Assembly: GCA_963666985.2 (NCBI GenBank)
Contig: CAXXIA010000002.1
Location: 2,880,001-2,944,000 of the forward strand
DNA from: Spirochaetia bacterium
GTDB lineage: Bacteria; Spirochaetota; Spirochaetia; DSM-2461
Length of the DNA stretch: 64,000 nt
Direction of reading: 5' to 3'
Made by a program: the position numbers and the translations under genes. Positions 1 through 9,868 of the stretch are shown piece after piece; the stretch's first letter is position 1; each line of letters opens with the position of its first letter. The notes beneath the pieces were generated by a model that ran no database searches, was not told the origin of the DNA, and saw nothing but the letters and a program-made list of their open reading frames with translations.

Positions 1-306
1 GCCGCTTTGGGTGCGCTTATCGCTCTTGCCCATCCCCTGACGATTCTCATCAGCTTTATCGGAGCGCCCATAACCTCGTTGAATCCCACGATCGGCGTCG
101 GCATGGTGGCCGGGCTTTTGGAATACCTTTTCAGGACGCCCCGGGTTTTGGACATGGAAAATCTGAACGCCGATATCGTTACGCTGCGGGGATGGTACCG
201 GAACAGGGTAACGCGCATTCTTTTGGTGTTTTTCTTGAGTTCCGTCGGCAGCAGCGTCGGAACCTTTATCGCCATTCCTTGGCTGACGCGTATCGTGGGA
301 AGCTGA
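1..306 (+). CDS. TraB/GumN (pheromone-shutdown TraB) family membrane protein, C-terminal part (5' end outside window)
   Basis: Open frame from base 1 to the stop at 306; HPLTILISFIGAPITSLNPTIGVG and WYRNRVTRILLVFFLSSVGSSVGTF match the hydrophobic C-terminus of TraB-family proteins. Confidence 0.8.
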   Translation, partial: AALGALIALAHPLTILISFIGAPITSLNPTIGVGMVAGLLEYLFRTPRVLDMENLNADIVTLRGWYRNRVTRILLVFFLSSVGSSVGTFIAIPWLTRIVGS

Positions 307-395
307 ATCCGGAATGCGCGCCGAATAAGGCGGGGCGGGGATGTTTCCGCTGCTGCAGCCGATTGATGGCGGCCGTCGAGCTGCGGCCCGTTGGT

Positions 396-1778
396 CTATG
401 AGACAAGCCCCGTCGCAACGGCGTCCCTGATAAAGCGGACGGCGCGGCCTTTGCCGGGGAAGGCTCCCGATTCATCAGAATCTCCGGGCGCCAGCCAGTT
501 TTCCAGACCGGCCTCGACGGCCGCCTTGATGCGGCGGCGCAAATGCGGAACGGATCGCACTTCGCCGGCCAGCGAAAGTTCACCGACGGCGATCAGATTG
601 TTCGGGAGAGACTTTTCCGATCGGGCCGACGCCAGGGCAAGCGCCAAAGCCAGTTCGGCGCCGGTATCGGCAACACGCAGACCGCCCGCCACGTTCACGT
701 AAAGATCCTGATCCGAGAGACGCATCCCCGCATGCCGTTCCAGAACCGCGGCCACGCGGCTCACCCGTCCCGGATCGATACGGTCCGAATAGACACGGCC
801 CGAACCGCCTTTGGCCGGAACGGTCAAGGCCTGGATTTCCACCAAAAGGATACGGGAGCCTTCATAGATCGCCGTTATCGCGCTTCCCGAAGGAGGACCG
901 TCTTCACGGTGTTCCAGAAACATCCCCGCCGCCTCGGCGATGGGAACCAGTCCCTTGGAACCCATGCGGAACATGCCGATTTCATCCACCGATCCCATGC
1001 GGTTCTTGGAGGCTCTGAGAATGCGCAGATCGGTGGAGGAATGGTCGAAATAGAGAACGGTGTCCACCAAGTGTTCAATAACCTTCGGCCCCGCGATGAT
1101 GCCTTCCTTGGTAACGTGGGCAATAAGGAAAATCGGGACGCCGGAGCTTTTGGCCCAGGATGTGAGTCTGTGACCCGCGATTTTAAGCTGATTGGGCGTT
1201 CCCGGTACGGCCCCGATGTCTTCGGAAACCAAGGTTTGGATGGAATCGGCCACGAGGAAGTCCGGTTTCTCATTTTCGAGAGTGTTCAGCAGGGCATCAA
1301 GGTTCGTTTCACAGAGAATCTTTAAGCGATCCTGAGAAAGATTCAGTCTGTCGGCTCTGTTTTTTACCTGACCCGGAGATTCTTCTCCGGAAACATACAG
1401 ACCTTCTCCGGGAAGGTTTGCCGCCACCTGGAGCATCAGGGTTGATTTCCCGATTCCCGGCTCTCCTCCCAAAAGAACGGTGGTTCCCGGAGAGAGGCCG
1501 CCGCCGAGCACGCGGTCCAGTTCATTAATGCCGGTAGGATGTTTCTCCGGAGGTGTCGGATCGATTCGGGAGAGAACAATGGGCCGGCGTTCATCCGGAT
1601 GATGGACCGAGGCCGACCTGGCGGCCGCCGATCTGGCCGCCGCCGAACTTGTTCCCGCCGAAAGGCGTACTTCCTTAAAGGTATTCCATTCTCCGCAGGC
1701 CGGACATCGTCCGAGCCATTTGGACTCATCATGTCCGCAGGATGAACACACATAAGCTGTTTTTGAGGTTTTGGCCAT
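396..1778 (-). CDS. radA: DNA repair protein RadA/Sms
   Basis: N-terminal CxxC...CxxC zinc finger, Walker A GEPGIGKST, KNR motif (ASKNRMG), Lon-like C-terminal domain. Confidence 0.97.
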   Translation of the reverse strand: MAKTSKTAYVCSSCGHDESKWLGRCPACGEWNTFKEVRLSAGTSSAAARSAAARSASVHHPDERRPIVLSRIDPTPPEKHPTGINELDRVLGGGLSPGTTVLLGGEPGIGKSTLMLQVAANLPGEGLYVSGEESPGQVKNRADRLNLSQDRLKILCETNLDALLNTLENEKPDFLVADSIQTLVSEDIGAVPGTPNQLKIAGHRLTSWAKSSGVPIFLIAHVTKEGIIAGPKVIEHLVDTVLYFDHSSTDLRILRASKNRMGSVDEIGMFRMGSKGLVPIAEAAGMFLEHREDGPPSGSAITAIYEGSRILLVEIQALTVPAKGGSGRVYSDRIDPGRVSRVAAVLERHAGMRLSDQDLYVNVAGGLRVADTGAELALALALASARSEKSLPNNLIAVGELSLAGEVRSVPHLRRRIKAAVEAGLENWLAPGDSDESGAFPGKGRAVRFIRDAVATGLVS

Positions 1779-1832
1779 CGCTTTTCTTCAGCCGCCCTTC
1801 AGCGCCGCCTTCGCGCTTACCCCGAAAGTATG

Positions 1833-2873
1833 CTACCGGTTGATCGCCACAAGCTCCATATCGAAAATCAGCCAGCTGTTGGGCGCGATGGGACCGTAGC
1901 CCTTTTCTCCATAAGCGAGTTCGGGCGGAATAACCGCCCGGCGGATTTCACCGGCTTTCATATCCATGGCCATCTCGGTCCATCCGGGAATCACGCCGTC
2001 CACGCCGAGGGTGAAATCGAACGTCTGACCTCTGGCGCGCGAACTGTCGAAAACCGTTCCGTCGAGCAGTGTACCGGTGTAGTGCATGGAAACCTGCGAA
2101 TTCATCTTCGGTTCGGCGCCTTCGCCCTCTTGAAGAATCTCATAATAGATTCCGGTTGAGCTTTTCCGTCTCTTTTCTCCCATTCCCATAAGAACGGCGG
2201 TTAGGGCGGGATCGATTTCGGAGAGTTTTTTGATTTCGGCTTCCCGGGCCGTATTATACAGAGCCGCGAAAGCTTCCTCATCGAAAGTGAAGGCTTCGGC
2301 TTCCTCACCGATTCGTTTGATGGTAATCGACTTGACGGTATCGCCCCACCGAATCTTTTTAAGACTTTTCGCTCCGGAAACGAGGGTTCCGAAAGCCGTG
2401 TATCTGTCGTTAAGGAAGCTGTCTCCTTCGATTGTAATAAAGAAGCGGCTTCCGGAGGATTCGGTGATTAATCCGTCCATAACAAGTGTTCCCGGTAATC
2501 CCGTATCACAGCTTGAGTTGAATTCCCTCGGAAGTGTGTACCCCGGTTCTCCCGAGCCTTTTTCCGTCGGATCGCCGGCAAAAACGGCATACCCGGGGGC
2601 TTCTCTATAAAAAGTCATTCCGTTGTAGAACGCCTCTCCGGGAGCCTTGACTTCGTTGGGAATGGTTCCTTCCGCCAGTCCGCAGAAATTGGCCGCTGTT
2701 AAAGGAACGTTTTTATAATCAAGCATGAAGACCATGGTTCCGTGTTCCGTGGCGATTTCCGCGTAAAGGCCTTGGGTAAGCTCAACCTTTTCTTCGGTTC
2801 CCGACGCCCAAAGCGAGGCGGTCGGGAGCGCGGCAAGAGCGGCAAGAATAATACCGGCAATACTTCTCTTCAT
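1833..2873 (-). CDS. Exported cyclophilin-FKBP fusion peptidyl-prolyl isomerase with a degenerate cyclophilin domain
   Basis: Signal peptide (..SLWA-SG); cyclophilin-like GLYAEIAT..PLTAANFCGLAEG; FKBP HYTGTLLDGTVFDSS..VIPGW..PPELAYG. Confidence 0.9.
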   Translation of the reverse strand: MKRSIAGIILAALAALPTASLWASGTEEKVELTQGLYAEIATEHGTMVFMLDYKNVPLTAANFCGLAEGTIPNEVKAPGEAFYNGMTFYREAPGYAVFAGDPTEKGSGEPGYTLPREFNSSCDTGLPGTLVMDGLITESSGSRFFITIEGDSFLNDRYTAFGTLVSGAKSLKKIRWGDTVKSITIKRIGEEAEAFTFDEEAFAALYNTAREAEIKKLSEIDPALTAVLMGMGEKRRKSSTGIYYEILQEGEGAEPKMNSQVSMHYTGTLLDGTVFDSSRARGQTFDFTLGVDGVIPGWTEMAMDMKAGEIRRAVIPPELAYGEKGYGPIAPNSWLIFDMELVAINR

Positions 2874-2883
2874 GGAGTCCTAC

Positions 2884-3924
2884 CTAGAAATCCAGCAGTT
2901 CGACATCGAATACAAGCCAGGCGTTCGAGGGGATGCCTGCCTGAGGAATACCCTGACTTCCGTAAGCGAGTTCCGGAGGCAGGATGATGATTCGTCTTTC
3001 ACCCTTTTTCATTTGCGCAAGCGCCAAATCCCAGCCGCTGATAACCTGTCTTCGGCCGACATTGAATTGAATGGGTTCATTTCTTTTTCGGGAGCTGTCG
3101 AACTCCATTCCGTTCATAAGCGTACCGGAGTAATGCACCGTAAGCTTGCTTCCCGCGGCGGGCGTGGAGCCCGTTCCTTCGGTTTTGATTACCGAATAGA
3201 TTCCCGTTTCTTCGTCGAGAACGGCATTGGGCCAGCGGTTGGCAATGATGTTGAGGGTTTCTTTTCGGGCTTCTTCCGCGGCGGCCTTCTGCCGTTCGGG
3301 AATACTGGTTTCGATTTCCCTGAACATCTCTTCATTTGCTTTATAAGAAGCGGCTTCCGAACCGATGCGGAGGATTTTGAGTTTCTTGATGGAATCTCCC
3401 TGCCGGATTGCATTAACGACGTCCTGCCCCTGAACGACTTGGCCGAAGATCGTATGCTTGGAGTTCAGATGGGGAGTGGCGACGTGGGTAATGAAGAACT
3501 GGCTTCCGTTCGTGTTCGGACCCGCATTGGCCATGGCCAGAACACCGGGGCCGTCGAAGGTCAGCCCGTTGTATGTTTCGTCGGGAAACCGGTATCCCGG
3601 ACCGCCTCTTCCCGATCCTTCGGGATCTCCTCCCTGAATCATGAAATCTTCAATTACACGATGAAAGGTGAGTCCGTCGTAGAACGGGCCTTTTTTGTTC
3701 GCGAAGTCCAGATCGCCTTCGGCGAGACCGACGAAATTCATCACCGTCAGCGGAGCTTTATCGGGGAAGAGTTCGACGATGACGACTCCTCTGGTTGTGG
3801 TGAATTCAGCGTACAGCCCGTCTTCGAGCTCAAGTTCGTTTTCATTGCATGATGTCGACATAATTGCGAATATGAGCGCGAGGGCCGGGAATAATACACC
3901 CCGCCTGAATCCCAAATGGCTCAT
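2884..3924 (-). CDS. Cyclophilin-FKBP fusion peptidyl-prolyl isomerase, probable lipoprotein
   Basis: Canonical FHRVIEDFMIQGGDP, MANAGPNTNGSQFFIT, HLNSKHTIFG, plus FKBP motifs. Start set at ATG 3924 (RBS AGGAGG upstream); lipobox-like STS-C. Confidence 0.93.
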   Translation of the reverse strand: MSHLGFRRGVLFPALALIFAIMSTSCNENELELEDGLYAEFTTTRGVVIVELFPDKAPLTVMNFVGLAEGDLDFANKKGPFYDGLTFHRVIEDFMIQGGDPEGSGRGGPGYRFPDETYNGLTFDGPGVLAMANAGPNTNGSQFFITHVATPHLNSKHTIFGQVVQGQDVVNAIRQGDSIKKLKILRIGSEAASYKANEEMFREIETSIPERQKAAAEEARKETLNIIANRWPNAVLDEETGIYSVIKTEGTGSTPAAGSKLTVHYSGTLMNGMEFDSSRKRNEPIQFNVGRRQVISGWDLALAQMKKGERRIIILPPELAYGSQGIPQAGIPSNAWLVFDVELLDF

Positions 3925-4208
3925 GTGTCCTCCTGTTCGGATGAAAGACGGCACCGAATAAGGCCGTCCGTTGATTTGTCCGCGGAAACGTACCGCATGG
4001 TGCTTTAGTATAGCGAGGCCGCTTTGCTCCGTCGACCCGAAGAGAGAGCTTCCCGGAGCAGGCACTCCGGGCCGCCGGACGGATCTCCGAAATTCGTTTC
4101 TCGGGCCGGAAGAAACGCAGGCCCCGTCCGGCACATCGGGCCGCCGGATTTACAGCGGCCCGGCGGGTACTCGGCGACCGCCTCTTTCCTCGGCGAACCG
4201 CAGGCTTA

Positions 4209-5381
4209 TTAGGATAAACAGATCCGGCGCGTCATAATCACGCCTTCGATGGCCGAGATTTTTTCAATCGCTTCATCGCTGATTTTGGAACCGGTGACAT
4301 CGATGATGTTGTAGGCGACGCCGTTTCTGTGCTTGTTCACCATCTCTTCGACGTTCAGACCGTTATCGGCCAAAATCTCCAGAATCTGGGAAAGCATGTT
4401 CGGGATGTTCTTGTTGGCGACTAACAGCCGTGAATTTCCCGAAGGTTCCAGAGAACAGGAAGGGAAATTCACCGAGTTGGTGATGTTTCCGTGTTCCAGG
4501 AAATCCTTAAGCTGGCGCGCGGCCATGACGGCGCAGTTGTCTTCGGCCTCCGAGGTTGAAGCTCCCAGATGCGGAATGGAGAGGACTCCTTCCACTCCCA
4601 TGAGTTCGGGTGCGGGAAAATCGGTAACGTATCGGCTTAAGATTCCGTCGGCAAGGGCCTGTTTTACGGCGCTTCTGTCCGCCAGTCCTCCTCGGGAAAA
4701 ATTAAGGATGCGCAGACCTTTCTTGGCCCGTTTGATTCGTTCGGCGCTGACCATGCCTTCGGTATCTTCCGTAAGAGGGACATGAAGAGTCATATAGTCG
4801 CAGGTCGCCATGAGCTGGTCGATGTTGTCGCATCGCTTTACCTTGGATGACAGTCCCCAAGCCGCGGCGACGGATATGAAAGGATCGTATCCGTAGACTT
4901 TCATGCCCAGTTCCACGGCGGCATTGGCCACGAGTACGCCTATGGCGCCCAGACCGACGACGCCCAGCGCCTTGCCCGCGATTTCGGTTCCCGCGAAAGA
5001 CGATTTTTCTTTTTCAACGTTTTTTGAGATTTCCGGGTCGTCCTTATGCGCTTCAACCCAGTTCATCCCTTCATGGATGCGTCTGGAGGAGAGGAGCATT
5101 CCCGCGATAACCAGTTCCTTTACGCTGTTCGCGTTGGCGCCGGGCGTATTAAAGACAACGATGCCTCGGTCGGTACATGTTTCCACGGGGATGTTGTTCA
5201 CCCCGGCTCCGGCCCTGGCGATCGCCTTGACCGTTCGGCCGATTTCTTCGGAAGGAAGTTTGTAGCTTCGGAGCAGCAGCGCATCGGGATTGGGGATTTC
5301 GCTGGCGACTTCATATTCATTGCGTCCGAATTCTTCCAAACCTACCGGCGATATCTTATTACGCGTTTGAATCGTGAACAC
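4209..5381 (-). CDS. serA: D-3-phosphoglycerate dehydrogenase with C-terminal ACT domain
   Basis: RAGAGVNN, NTPGANANSV, GLGAIG Rossmann motif, PHLGAST, ACT-like C-terminus. Confidence 0.92.
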   Translation of the reverse strand: MFTIQTRNKISPVGLEEFGRNEYEVASEIPNPDALLLRSYKLPSEEIGRTVKAIARAGAGVNNIPVETCTDRGIVVFNTPGANANSVKELVIAGMLLSSRRIHEGMNWVEAHKDDPEISKNVEKEKSSFAGTEIAGKALGVVGLGAIGVLVANAAVELGMKVYGYDPFISVAAAWGLSSKVKRCDNIDQLMATCDYMTLHVPLTEDTEGMVSAERIKRAKKGLRILNFSRGGLADRSAVKQALADGILSRYVTDFPAPELMGVEGVLSIPHLGASTSEAEDNCAVMAARQLKDFLEHGNITNSVNFPSCSLEPSGNSRLLVANKNIPNMLSQILEILADNGLNVEEMVNKHRNGVAYNIIDVTGSKISDEAIEKISAIEGVIMTRRICLS

Positions 5382-5586
5382 TTAAGTTCCTCCGGATCGG
5401 GCGATGGGTCCATCCGGCGGTCCGCCGAATTCGAAAGACCTTCTTAGTCCGATGAATGTTGTGACATAGGGGTACAAGAAGATCGGCGGATCGTCAATTC
5501 CCTCACGATGCTTCTTCGAAAAGAAACATGAATGATTTGCCCTTTTCAATGGTGGTTTTGCGGCCGATCGGCCTATAATAAAAGCT

Positions 5587-6963
5587 ATGGAATATATTGT
5601 CGCTTCATGCTCGGATCAGTCGGTCGTTGAAAGAATTCGCAAAGTCGTTGAAGAGGATTTTCCCAATGAGTTTCTTCTCCAGTTTCCTACAAGCGAAAAA
5701 GCGATTGTCGAACGGCTCAATTTCGAACTTCCGGAATTGGTTCTCATCAACTTTTCCGATGATGGTTTGGATCCCGGGTATTTGAAAGATCAGATTTTAA
5801 GCGACGCCTGGCTGCATAATTTCGGCATCGTGGGTCTCTACGACAGAAAGAAGAATCAGGAAGAAGAGATTCTCGAAGAGAATAAGGATATCAACCTTCT
5901 CACCCTGATTGATTTTACGCGAATCGAGAGTCATCTGGGCAAGACGTTGCGAATCATCAATGCCAACAGGCAGCTGATTTTTCAGGGATTTCTGGCGGAC
6001 AAACTCGTGAATCGGATGACGGGATCTTTTCAGATTGATAATTACGACTATCTGGTGGCGCCGGTCTACGGAGGCCTTCTGGCCATCAGCCTTGTACGTA
6101 TGGGAAAAATTCCTTCGGCGGAACGGCACGGCGTGCAGATGGCGTTAAGCGAGCTTATATTGAATTCCATCGAACACGGCAACTGCGGGATCAGCTACTC
6201 CGAGAAAACACAGTGGCTCGCCACCGGAGAGGCCATTTATGAACTTATCGTGGATCGCTGTAAGGATCCGAAAACGGCAAAAAAGAAGGTAAACCTGGAT
6301 TGGGATATCGGGGACGATCTCTGTAAGTTCGTTATTAGGGACGAAGGTGACGGCTTCGACGTCCTGGCCTTTCGGGATAAGCTGAAAAACGATGCGAACG
6401 ACCGGCTGCACGGGCGAGGAATCGTCATGGCTCAGATGGTCGCCAGCAAGCTTTTCTATAACAAAAAGGGTGATAAGGTGACGATGATTATCACTCTGGA
6501 CCATGATGTTTCCAATATCGCCCCCGCTGGTTTCTCCGGCGAAGAGGTGATTCAGGTGAAAGCCGGCGATACCCTGATGCGGGCCGGAGAGTTCGGCGAC
6601 TGTATCTATTACATTTCCAGCGGGAAGTATACGGTTTATTTCCGTGAGAATCCGGTGGGCCGCATCACGCCGGCGGATATTTTCATGGGCGAAATGGCCT
6701 TTTTACTCAACAATGCCCGGAGCGCCACCGTTGTTGCCGATACCCCCGGACAAGTCATCAAAATCCCGAGGAAATCCTTCATTGAAGTCGTGAAAAACTA
6801 TCCGCAGTACTCCATTTTCCTCTCCAAGATTCTCGCGCAGAAACTTGTCAGAGCCAATGAAAGCGCCGCCGCCGAATTTGCCCCCATTCGGACGGATTCC
6901 GACGCCGGTATCGAGTCCGATGCCGCATCCGATTTCGCGGAAGCGGATGCGGCATCCTTTTAG
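5587..6963 (+). CDS. Signal-transduction protein: anti-sigma-type HATPase_c plus cyclic-nucleotide-binding domain
   Basis: ELILNSIEHGN, IRDEGDGFD and GRGI (N/G1/G2 boxes); C-terminal FMGEMAFLLNNARSATV cNMP signature. Confidence 0.82.
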   Translation: MEYIVASCSDQSVVERIRKVVEEDFPNEFLLQFPTSEKAIVERLNFELPELVLINFSDDGLDPGYLKDQILSDAWLHNFGIVGLYDRKKNQEEEILEENKDINLLTLIDFTRIESHLGKTLRIINANRQLIFQGFLADKLVNRMTGSFQIDNYDYLVAPVYGGLLAISLVRMGKIPSAERHGVQMALSELILNSIEHGNCGISYSEKTQWLATGEAIYELIVDRCKDPKTAKKKVNLDWDIGDDLCKFVIRDEGDGFDVLAFRDKLKNDANDRLHGRGIVMAQMVASKLFYNKKGDKVTMIITLDHDVSNIAPAGFSGEEVIQVKAGDTLMRAGEFGDCIYYISSGKYTVYFRENPVGRITPADIFMGEMAFLLNNARSATVVADTPGQVIKIPRKSFIEVVKNYPQYSIFLSKILAQKLVRANESAAAEFAPIRTDSDAGIESDAASDFAEADAASF

Positions 6964-8561
6964 TCGGAAGCAGTCGGTTTCGATATTTCATCCGCGGCAA
7001 TCGCGGCGGTTACTTCGGCCTGTTTTTCCGGCGTGAGGTTCCAAAGGAACCGGTAGGCGATAAAGACGACGAGCATGCAGAGTGAGGGGACTCCGATGGT
7101 GAGGAATTTGATCCCCCGAAGGGTCGCCGCGGACTGCACCGCCGCTTCGGCCTTGTAGCCGATATGTCCTAACCCGGCGCCGGCGACGAATCCCGCGAAG
7201 GCCTGCCCCATTTTTCTCATGAAACTGTAGGAGCCGTAGATCACGCCCTCCTGACGGGCACCCGAAAGATATTGGTTGTAGTCGATGCAGTCCGACACCT
7301 GCCCCCAAACGAGCATGTTCGGAATCATCAATAAAAATGCGGCGGCAAGGCTGAACGAGAGATACGGCCAGGGATGCGACGGTAAAGCCAGAAGAATCAT
7401 ATAAAGAAGAGCCGAGGCGAGAGCGGCCGTCCAGCTCGTCGTTTTGGTGCCGAATTTTTTTACCAGACGGGGAATGGCCGGCGCCGCGATAATCATCGGT
7501 CCCAGGGCGATGACTCCGGTGAAGCCCAGAAGCTCCAGGGCATTCAGGTTTTCCCGGAAATAATAAATATTCATGGCGCCGTTCACCATAAGACCGGTCT
7601 GCATGGCCACGGAGGCCAGGGAGACGGCGAGGAACGGCCGATTCCGGATAAGAACCTTGAAAGAATCCTTAATGGAAAACGGCGCCTCGGTTTCCGCCGT
7701 ATGTTCGACCGTTTCTTCGGTCATGAAGTACGAGGCGATATAGCCTGCGAAGGAGAGGAGGCCGAGAAGGGCGGCCGCGAGCAAAAATCCTTTTTCTTCA
7801 TTATCCGCGAAGGTTACAAGAAAGGCCGGCACCACCGATCGAACGCCGACGGCGCCGATGAGTCCTCCGATGCCGCGGGAAACCGACAGAACCGATCGTT
7901 CCACCGGATCGCGGGTTATAACGGCGGCCAAAGAGCCGTAGGGAATATTGATGAAGGTATAGGCCATGCCCCAAGCGATGTAGGTAGCGTAGGCCCAAAT
8001 GAGTTTCTGGGACGGGGAGAGTCCCGGAGGCGCAAAAAACATCAGGACGGCCGTTACAACAACCGGCCAGCTCCCTTTAAGGAGGTAGGGGCGGAACTTT
8101 TCGGTGCGCTTCGCCGGATTCCCGCCGTGCCTTTGAGAAGCGGAGGCAGGGGAGAGGTGCGGGCCTTTTGGAGTGGCCGAAACTGGGCTGGGTTTGCTGA
8201 TGTTCTCATCTTCGTGTATTCCCTTGCCGCGTTTTATCTCGCCGCCGTGTATTCTAACCTCGCGCGTCAAAACGCCGCGCCGACGTGCGGATTCGATGCG
8301 GATGAGCCGGCGGCGGAAGAGTTTATCCGCCAAGGCTCCCATGAGGGGATCGTTAACCGCATCCCAAATACGGGCGGCGAGAAAGAGAGTTCCCGCCGCC
8401 AAAGCGGAAAGACCCAGAACGTCGGTATAAAAGGCGATAAGGAATGTGGATGAGAGTCCGAAGGTAAGACCGTTGGCCAAATCTCCGATACCGTATCCGA
8501 TTTTTTGTACGTTCGTCAGATGTTCGGCTTTGGATTTGTTCTTAATGGAGAACCTCCGCAT
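6960..8561 (-). CDS. Glycoside-pentoside-hexuronide (GPH/MelB-like) MFS cation symporter
   Basis: GYGIGD, RIWDAVNDPLMG, KFRPYLL, NIPYGSL, DCIDY..G.RQEG motifs; about 12 TM segments. Confidence 0.9.
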   Translation of the reverse strand: MRRFSIKNKSKAEHLTNVQKIGYGIGDLANGLTFGLSSTFLIAFYTDVLGLSALAAGTLFLAARIWDAVNDPLMGALADKLFRRRLIRIESARRRGVLTREVRIHGGEIKRGKGIHEDENISKPSPVSATPKGPHLSPASASQRHGGNPAKRTEKFRPYLLKGSWPVVVTAVLMFFAPPGLSPSQKLIWAYATYIAWGMAYTFINIPYGSLAAVITRDPVERSVLSVSRGIGGLIGAVGVRSVVPAFLVTFADNEEKGFLLAAALLGLLSFAGYIASYFMTEETVEHTAETEAPFSIKDSFKVLIRNRPFLAVSLASVAMQTGLMVNGAMNIYYFRENLNALELLGFTGVIALGPMIIAAPAIPRLVKKFGTKTTSWTAALASALLYMILLALPSHPWPYLSFSLAAAFLLMIPNMLVWGQVSDCIDYNQYLSGARQEGVIYGSYSFMRKMGQAFAGFVAGAGLGHIGYKAEAAVQSAATLRGIKFLTIGVPSLCMLVVFIAYRFLWNLTPEKQAEVTAAIAADEISKPTASD

Positions 8562-8638
8562 CCCGCCTGAAATTCTTCATTTTCGTTTTTTACGATAGTT
8601 CGGTTAGATCATTATTAAGAGAAGACCGTCCGGAATCA

Positions 8639-9763
8639 TCAGTCGGTTAGAACCCTGGAACGCTCAAAGAGCGGATTGCTGATTGCCGAGAGAACGGCAT
8701 CCGCTTTCGCGGGATTCAGAGGCAGGATTCTGATTTCTCCCTTTGATCCGTCTCTTCCGGGCCTGCCGTCTCGTCCCGTATGAACAAAACCGCTTTCCGT
8801 ACGGCCGGAATCTCCGCCGTCGCCTCCCTCTCCGCCGCGGCCGCCGTCCGCATTAACGGAGATGAAATCAAGAATCGCCGGATCCCGATAGTAAAGAATC
8901 ACCTCTCCGCCGTCGCCTCCGTCCCCGCCGCGCCCGCCGTCTCCGCCTTCGGCCGGGTGCCTCTTCGGGCTTTGAGCCTGCGGCTGCACGTCCGCCCCAC
9001 CGGGCTCGGAGATTTCGCCGTTAGCATCCGGCTTCTCTTTTTCTTCGGTCTCTTCAGGGATAAAGACATCTTCACCATCCGCGCCGAATCCGCCGTTTCC
9101 GCCGCGTGCGTCAACAAAGAGATGCAGAGGAGCCAGATTTGCCGATTTCTCCGACGGATTGACAATCAGAATCATCGTGTCGGAATTAAAATTCGTGATA
9201 TTCAGATCTGAGATATCATAAAAAAAGGCGTAAAGAACGGCATTCTTTCCATCTTCACCGTTCTTGCCCCGCTCACCGGGTCTGCCGTTTCCGGCGGTAG
9301 AAACGTCGGCATACAAAAAGCCGTCCGCGCCGTCGGCCCCTCCGTAGCTCAAAGTCAGGGGTTCCCACCAGTCAACAGGCCATTGGAAGACTTTTTCTTC
9401 GAACGATTGTTTTTCCACTCCGATTCCAAGGGAGAATTTTTGTTCTTTAATGAGCAGGAACATGTCCGAAGTGGATTCAAGGACGATGGAGAGAGGTTTT
9501 CGCTTTTTCAGGTTAAGTGTTCCGTTCTCACTGGAAATAAGGAACCCTGTGTGGTTCGGACGGTCTATCCGATTTCCTTCTCTGTCCGTAACGAGGATTT
9601 TGATTTTATATTCCCGGCCGGGGATTAAGTATTCCGTGCCGCCGGATTCTTCATCGGAAAAAACCGGCATAACATCCGCTATGTCGACTTTGGAAAGATC
9701 GGTCGTCAGACAGCCGCTGAGCAGAAAGAGAAGCGCTATAACCGGTAATCTGATTTTTTTCAT
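8639..9763 (-). CDS. Lipoprotein with glycine-rich GxxGxxG repeats
   Basis: Lipobox LLSG-C; repeated GGDGGRGGDGGDGG / GRDGRPGRDG tracts. Confidence 0.75.
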   Translation of the reverse strand: MKKIRLPVIALLFLLSGCLTTDLSKVDIADVMPVFSDEESGGTEYLIPGREYKIKILVTDREGNRIDRPNHTGFLISSENGTLNLKKRKPLSIVLESTSDMFLLIKEQKFSLGIGVEKQSFEEKVFQWPVDWWEPLTLSYGGADGADGFLYADVSTAGNGRPGERGKNGEDGKNAVLYAFFYDISDLNITNFNSDTMILIVNPSEKSANLAPLHLFVDARGGNGGFGADGEDVFIPEETEEKEKPDANGEISEPGGADVQPQAQSPKRHPAEGGDGGRGGDGGDGGEVILYYRDPAILDFISVNADGGRGGEGGDGGDSGRTESGFVHTGRDGRPGRDGSKGEIRILPLNPAKADAVLSAISNPLFERSRVLTD

Positions 9764-9868
9764 GTGATTCTCCGGATGTCTTGACGACCGATAGCGGCCG
9801 GCCGCGCGGAATCTTTTTTCAGCCGTGCCGTGCCCGCTCCATCCATGATGGTGTCGGCGGAAAGTCTT

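Noticed and set aside
543..1325. 260-aa plus-strand ORF
   Set aside because: Antisense shadow of radA
2872..3852. 326-aa plus-strand ORF
   Set aside because: Antisense shadow of the PPIase gene
3925..4134. 70-aa N-terminal extension of the PPIase in the ORF track
   Set aside because: A strong AGGAGG RBS and a signal peptide support the start at 3924
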